Source: Hyaloraphidium curvatum SAG 235-1
Taxonomy: Eukaryota; Fungi; Monoblepharomycota
Assembly: GCA_025558095.1 (NCBI GenBank)
Contig: JAIVFI010000031.1
Location: forward strand, 434,001 to 498,000
Length of the DNA: 64,000 nucleotides
Reading direction: 5' to 3'
Under the pieces are notes generated by a model, which worked only from the letters and a program-made list of their open reading frames with translations, was not told the origin of the DNA and ran no database searches. This document shows, piece after piece, positions 57,308 to 64,000 of this stretch. The translations under genes were made by a program, and so were the position numbers. Each line of letters begins with the position of its first letter. Within the stretch, counting starts at the first letter, position 1.

Positions 57308-60075
57308 ATGGCCTCCGCCGACACCCCCGCCGGGGTCAACGACCACGCCGGCTACACGGTGCGTCGCCGCCCGCCGCCGGGCCCGCGAAGTCCCCCACGC
57401 TGACCCCTTCGCGCAGGTTACCTGGGAGGGCGTCAACTGCAAGCTCACGTCGGGCAACCTGTTCGGTCAGAAGCGCGTGGTGCACTCGCTGATCGACAAC
57501 TCGGGCTTTGCCCGCCCCGGCGAGTCGCTCGCTATCATCGGCCCCTCGGGCGCCGGCAAGACCACGCTGCTCGGTGGGTTTCGCGGGACAGAGCATGGAG
57601 TGGGGGCAGCTATGTGGACGTCTGGAAGTCGCGCAATGCGGCGGAGACGCGGGACTGGGCGGCCAGGCTGTGGGGGATCCCGGGAGACAGGGGGATCAGA
57701 CGGCTCGACTCAACCCGAGTCGACCGCGGGCGTTGCTGGCGTTTCAACGCTGGATGATGAGGCTCCGGCGTGCTTCTCGCTGTGGCGTCGCTGTCGCGGT
57801 TTTTGCTGTTTGCTCACGGCGGTTCCCCATCCGCAGACATCCTCTCGCAGCGCAAGTCCCTCGGCCAGCTCTCCGGCGAGATCCTCGTCAACGGCCAGAA
57901 GCCCGATGCGTTCTTCAAGCGCCGCCTGGGCCAGATTACCACCATGATGGCCCACATCCCGACCATGACCGTGCGCGAGACGCTCATGTTCGCCGCCGAG
58001 TGCCGCATGCCCCGCGCCGCCACCAAGGATGAGCGCATCGCCCGCGTCGACGAGGTCATTGCCGGCCTCAAGCTCACCAACGCCCAGAACACGCCCGTCG
58101 GCGACGAGCTCATCCGCGGTGTCTCCTCCGGCGAGAAGAAGCGCACTGAGGTCGCCACCGAGATGATCGCCCGCCCCCGCATGCTCTTCCTCGACGAGCC
58201 CACTTCGTATGTCCGCTACGTCTGTCTCCTCACGAGCGAAAGCTGATCGAAGTACCGCCTGCAGGGGTCTCGACGACTTCGGCGCGCGCTTCACCATGGA
58301 GCTCGTGCTCAAGTACGTCAAGTCGGAGAACGTCTGCGTCGTTATCGTCATCCACCAGCCCTGCGAGGCCGTCTTCAAGCTCTTCGACAACTGCATGCTG
58401 CTGTCCGAGGGCCGCATCACCTACTTCGGCCCCGTCGCCGCCGCCGAGTCGTACTTCACCACCATGGGCTACCCGACTCCCAAGCTCCAGAACCCCATCG
58501 AGCACTACCTGGACGTCACCTCCGCCAACACGCAGGCCGCCGCCGAGTACTACGACAAGTCGCCCCTCGCGCAGGCCAACCTCGCCGAGATTGCCCGCCT
58601 CAAGAGCCAATCCTACTCCGCCGTGCGCTACTCGGAGCACATCGTCGAGCGCCAGTGGTGGGACCAGATCCGCCTCGTCGGCTACCGCTGTCTCGTCCGC
58701 TACTGGCGCAACCCCTCGACCTCGTGGGGCCGCCTGTTCATGTTCACGGCCCTCGCCTTGGTGTTCGGCGGTCTGTTCTACAACGTGAGTTCCTGTTGCA
58801 GCACCGAATGCCAGCGCTCACATGGCTCTTGCCCATCCAGCTGCAAAACGACGTCCAGGGTATCCGTAACCGTCTTTCCGTCACCTCGACCTTCGGTTTC
58901 CTCGCCATCTTCGTCGCCGTCGCCGCCGTGCCGCAGTTCCTCGAGGACCGCGAGCTGTACCTGCAGGAGCTCGACACCGCCTTCTACGGCACCGTCCCGT
59001 ACTGGCTGACGTACCTCATCATTGAGTGAGTTCAAAGCTGCGACTTTGCCTGTAGGCGAAGTCTGACGCGCGGTCCACCAGGGGTTGCTTCACCATGGTC
59101 ATCACCACGATCCAGATGGTCATCATCTTCTTCATGGCCGGCTTCGAGGCCCAGTACTTCGGCCCCATCTACCCCATGATGCTTGTCCAGATGTGGCTCG
59201 CCACCGCCGTGTCGCAGGCCTGGTCGTCCTGGTGCAAGACCCTCGTGCAGGCCTACACCGCCCTCTGGGCCGCCGGCCTCATCTTCTACGCCTTCTCGGG
59301 CACTCAGGCCGCCCTCGGCACCGTGTCGCCCGCCCTCCGCTGGATGGCCGACATCAACTACTGGCGCTGGTGCCTGCAGTACGTCGTGAGTATGGGCGAG
59401 CGTTTCGTGGCGATCGCGTCTGAGCCTTCTCTTCCCCCCAGATCTGGATCATCATGAAGGACTATATTATGCAGTGCCCCACCATTCCCTCGAGCGTTTT
59501 CGCCGGCCCGGTCGCCGCCGGCTTCCGCAACGCCATGAACGCCACCTTCCTCGCCACGCCCTCGAACGACGTCCAGGTCTCCACGTTCTGGGAGGGCGTC
59601 CGCATCATGAACGCCAACGCCAACGCCGCCGGCTCGTCTGCCAGCACCCCCGCGACGCAGGCCGCCATGCTCGCCAACAACAACGCCATCGCCGCCGGGC
59701 TCGCTCCCCTCACCCAGACCCCCGGCAACTTCTCGGACCCTGCGCAGTACCGCAACGCGATCGGCGCCTTCCAGATGTGGAACAACGCCTCGACCTCGGC
59801 CGTCACCATCGCCCGCTCTCCCGCCATTTTCCCGCCCGGCTACTACTGCCCGGTCGGCCAGGGCAAGGACTTCATCAGGAAGTACCGCGACCTCAGCCCC
59901 GAGAACCCCGCCACCAGTGAGTTTTCTGCCCGAATGCTTTTTCGGGGCCTCGAGGCGCTGACGCATGCACCCCCTAGCCAACGTTGCCTACGCCGTCAAC
60001 GTGTGCCTGTTTATCTTCTTCTCGCTTATGGCCTTGACCGGTCTTATGTTCTCGAGGAACTACCGCAAGCGCTAA
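57308..60075 (+). CDS. ABCG (white-family) half transporter B, NBD-TMD; multi-exon
   Basis: Walker A IGPSGAGKT, TVRETL, signature VSSGEKKRT, LFLDEPTS|GLD, VIHQP, YWRNP, six TMs; ends RNYRKR*. Confidence 0.93.
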
Positions 60076-60316
60076 TCTGCCAGGCGAAAATGGTGGTCGG
60101 GGGGCTGGCCTTTGGATTCGGCGGACGCCGCTATTTGTGCGTGACGTACGATGTACATTCGAAGAGAACACGCAGATGTTCGATTCGCCTCCTAGTTCCC
60201 CGCCGGTCGTCAAATCTCGGAGTGGTGTCCGTCTGATCGCTCGGCGCGCGACCGCCCGATCGCGGGGATGAGCAGCGCTCGCGCAACGCCAACTCGGTCC
60301 TCCGGCCCCCATCAAA

Positions 60317-60955
60317 ATGACGCGGCCGGAAGAATATGCGATGATTTCGCTAGCGGAGCCCTCGCCTGCCTCGTTGGACCCGCCTGCGGGGGCAGCACCG
60401 GCTCGCCCGCCGGACTATCCGGATACCGCGCCGGACAGTGCGCCGGAGGAGCTCTTGCTCGCGCCGCTGCCTCAGGAGCCCCCTCCTTATGATCCCGGAC
60501 CGTCGAAACCGGGACGATTATCGCGCGCGTGGGAGTCGGCGAGGGCCGCGCTCCTCAAAGTGCAGCTGAAGGACGTTCTGCCCCCCCTGCTTCTCATCGT
60601 GGCGGCGCTGTTCCTCTTTGCGATCCCAGACCCGAACGCGGCTCCACGAGTGAACGCGGCACCGGCGGCCAACAGCACGCAAAAGGACGTGGATCGGTTG
60701 AAGGCGGCGTGGAAGAACCTTACAGATTCATGGCAGGACCAGGAAACGAAGCAGGTCCAAGCCTGGGCTGAAGGACAAAAGGTCGATCACTTCGGAGACC
60801 CAGATCGAGGCGATAAAGATGAGGAGGAAGTGGTGGACGATCTGGGGAACGGATCCTGGGTCCGCTCGCTGGCAACGACTATTCTCGCATTTGGACTGCT
60901 CTTTGCCTGCTTCGCGGTCTATGGGGTCCTTACGGCGGGAGAAGAGGACAAATGA
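60317..60955 (+). CDS. Two-TM protein with two N-terminal PPxY motifs
   Basis: PPDY and PPPY; TMs LLLIVAALFLFAI and ILAFGLLFACFAVYGVL. Confidence 0.65.
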   Translation: MTRPEEYAMISLAEPSPASLDPPAGAAPARPPDYPDTAPDSAPEELLLAPLPQEPPPYDPGPSKPGRLSRAWESARAALLKVQLKDVLPPLLLIVAALFLFAIPDPNAAPRVNAAPAANSTQKDVDRLKAAWKNLTDSWQDQETKQVQAWAEGQKVDHFGDPDRGDKDEEEVVDDLGNGSWVRSLATTILAFGLLFACFAVYGVLTAGEEDK

Positions 60956-61152
60956 TGCTCGTTCATGGTGCGAAATAGTGTACTCAGTTATACAATCGGC
61001 TCTCTCGCATGCCGTCTAGTTAGGGGTGTCCAAGTCCTCAGAGAGGCCAACCGGGGGAATAGTCTTTGCTCGCTTGAAAGTGGGGCCGAACCAGACTGCG
61101 GCTCTTTTGCGATTCCACTCCCGCTGCAAGGCGGAAGGGACGCGCAGGTTGT

Positions 61153-64000
61153 TCACTTCTTCTGGCCATACCTGATGGAACGCATCAGCTCTCCAGTTGC
61201 CGCCCGCATTGCGCGCAGCACCCACCAGAACGAGGCGTACATGTTGACGCGGTCGATCATGTCTCCCGCCTCACGGATGCGGATTGGCTTGACGTCGAAC
61301 CCGTACTGCTCGAAGATCGGGTTGTACCACGGCACCTTGCCCGCGGAGCGCCAGTACACCCTCCCGCCCTGGGCGACCTTGGGCGCGAGCGCAGAGATCT
61401 CCTCGTGCGCCATCTCGTCCGTGAACCAGTCGAGGTGGTCCATGACGACGACGCGGGTGAGCTCGTTGTCCTCGATCGCGGTGCGGAGTACGTTGACCAT
61501 CGAGTCGGTGTGGATCCGCACGCTGTCGAGGCGGCCTTCGGCCTGCAGGCCTTGGAAGCCGGCTTCGGTGAGGTACGTGGGGCAGGACTTCTTGGAGTAC
61601 TTGGCCATGAGGCCGGCTGAAGCAAAGGGCGCGTGCGCGAAGGAATCAGCCGCGCATTCCGAAAGTCTGCATTCAATGCCCGTGCCCACCGTAGTAGAAG
61701 TAGTTGTCGTTGCTGAGCAGCGAGGTCCGGATGATGGGGTCCAGGGTGTTGGCGATGTAGTCGTACACCGTGCCCTCGTTCAGGATCATGTCCATCTGCT
61801 TGGGCGGCACGCCGAGCGCCATCCAGTGGAACTTTTCGTTGTTGAGGATCTTGATCAGGAACTGGCTCAGGATGGTGGGCCGCACGCGCTCCTCCCAGAT
61901 CCGGATCTGCTCCTCGAGCGAGGTCGTCTCGCACATGGCGCGCACGTCCTTCTCGATGCGCTTGATCCGGCAGGCGATCTCGAAGATGCGAATGGCCAGC
62001 CCGGAGCCGCCGGTCTTGAAGAGGTTGTGGAAGGAGGAGTTGGAGTGCCAGAAGTGGAAGGCGTGCGGGGAGAGGTACGGCGAGAGCTGGGTTTCGAGGA
62101 GGTGCAGGAACTCGGGGTGGTAACCCTCGCCGAAGATCTTCCAGAAGTCGGCGTAGGGGAGGGCGGAGATGCCGGCGAGCTTGAGCTCGAGCATGTTGTT
62201 CTGGCACGGGTTCATGTCGACACAGTGCACCCTTCGAAAAGCACAGCGTGAGCGAACAATCGACGGCCCGAGATGCAAACGGCCCACCTCGCAACACCCT
62301 CAAGCACGTACTCGAGCGCGTTGCAGCCGCCCGAGGTGATGACCATCATCCTGTCGTCGGGCCTGAGCTCCATGACCCGCAGGTCCTCCCTGGGATCTTC
62401 CCAGGCGAAGGCGTAAATGTAGGTCGAGAAGGACGGGATGCACGAGGGGTCGAAGGGCATGCGCCACTTGACGCCCTGCCCGTGGACGTGGTTCGCCGAC
62501 ACGAGACCCAGGTCCAGGTGCGGCACCTCGTCCTCGCCCTCCTCGTCGTCGTCGTACAGGGTGGCGGCGAGCCGGGGCGAGTCGGCGGCGATGCTGGCCG
62601 TGTCGAAGTCGCCCGAGTTGGTGACGAGCATCTCGACGGCCCCGGATCCCTCCACGTCCACCTTCTCGGTGCCGCTGGCGGCGACCGTGGCGGCGGTGTA
62701 CTCGAGCTGGGCCAGGGTGATCTCCTCGTCGCTCATGGAGCGGGCGGGGGCGGGTCGGGTGGGGGTGCCTTCGGGGGCGTCGAGGTGGAAGTCGAGCACG
62801 CCGTCGCGGCGGGCGCCGATCCAGACGTAGTAGGGGATGCGGACGACTGGAGAGGGCGGAACAAGGTCACGATCCCAATCCCGCCAGCGTCCGAACGAGC
62901 ATCCACCCACCGGGCTTGATGAACTTGTTGATGGCGTTCAGGCTCTTGATGGTCGCGAACTTGTGCTCCAGGTACTCGCGGCGGTAAGGGTGCAGGTACA
63001 CGTTGTCCGCGTCGAACCACATCTGCCAGAACCAGCGCGAGAACCACGAGAGCTGGCGCGTGGGGTCGTGCACGGGCGCGCGCTTGGGGGAGGAGTAGAA
63101 GTCGGCGACGCCGACGATGCCGGTGGAGCTCAGGACGTCCGAGAGGCGGTCGACGACGGGGTAGATGTTCTCCATCATCGAAACTGCGCGCGACCATTGT
63201 CAATGGGTGCGATCAGGGGCTGCATGCCTGTGCGAGACACCCACGCGAGTAGCTCATGGTGACCAGCGCGACATCGACGCCCTCCGGCCCGCCGTCCTCC
63301 TTGGGGATAGCGAACTTGGCCGCGTCCATGCAGAGCACCCGGACGTTGTCCCAGCCGAGGCGGCGGAAGCGCTGCTTAGCGATCTCGCACAGGGAGGGGG
63401 TGATGTCGACCATGTAGACGACGTCAAAGTTGGAGACGGGGTAGAACTCGTTCATGATCTCGACATTCTCGCCCGTGCTGTTGGAGAGTTGTCAGTTGGA
63501 ATTGATTCGGTGGCGCGGTCCTGTGACCTACCCGCCACCGATCTCGAGCCAGACGATCTTCTTTGGTCCCGACGGGGAAATGCCGTTGCCGGTGACGGGC
63601 AGACGAGGGCTCGCCGGAGGCGTCTGGATGGCCTTGCCCACATCCCCGTTCATGGCCGGTGGCTTGGCCGCCTCGGCCGCCCGGACGACCGGCGACCTCG
63701 ATCCGCCTTGGACGACGGGCGCGTTGCGCTGCCGCATGATGAACTCGGCGAGCGACGCCGGCGACTCGCCGGCGCCCTTGACGGGGTAGTGCTGCCTCAG
63801 CTGCGCGGCGCAGAGCTTGAGCATGGTCGTACGGCCGCGGAGAAGGCGCTTGCGGGTGATGTCGTAGACGCCTGGGGTCGGAAAGGGCGGGGATCAGGTT
63901 CGGCGACGGTGACCGAAGAGTGGCCGCTACGAACCGGCCTGGCCGGCGTAGAACTCCTCGAGGCGATCTTGGTGCTCCTCGTTCCTGCTCTTCTTGCCGG
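61153..64000 (-). CDS. BTA1: Betaine lipid (DGTS) synthase, BtaB-BtaA fusion; 5' end outside window; multi-exon
   Basis: [32 protein letters not shown]|[62 protein letters not shown]. Confidence 0.92.

Noticed and set aside
1-64000. Prokaryotic genome, operon, defence island or CRISPR interpretation
   Set aside because: Spliceosomal introns throughout, eukaryote-specific genes, and no repeat-spacer array; bacterial-like genes are interleaved with intron-containing genes

Overview
GC-rich, gene-dense eukaryotic DNA with about 33 protein-coding genes in 64 kb. Introns are short (mostly 35-70 bp, GT-AG, CTGAC/CTAAC-type branch points). The gene content (fungal transcription-factor middle-homology domains, fungal-type BTA1 fusion, ABTB/Btb3, P5A ATPase) points to an early-diverging fungus; a Monoblepharidomycete such as Hyaloraphidium is my inference, not a database result. 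I found no rRNA, tRNA, CRISPR array or intact transposon. Most ORF-track entries are off-frame shadows, so gene models were rebuilt by eye across introns. Highlights: (1) a head-to-head pair of ABCG half-transporters (ABCG5/G8-like layout), both lacking the Q-loop Gln and both carrying a large Ala/Asn-rich extracellular insert with a shared FxxWxNAS motif; (2) a 7-TM protein with gustatory-receptor/7TMIC-like topology lying between two tandem paralogs of a coiled-coil protein with an NLS; (3) a P5A ATPase whose TM4 reads PRGLPMQ rather than PPELPME; (4) a convergent pair of fungal TF paralogs with no Zn2Cys6 domain; (5) an L-type lectin single-pass receptor-like protein with a beta-repeat cytoplasmic tail; (6) several mostly intron-free bacterial-type genes (HGT candidates); (7) a protein built from proline-punctuated amphipathic helices. 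All family assignments come from recalled motifs, not searches.
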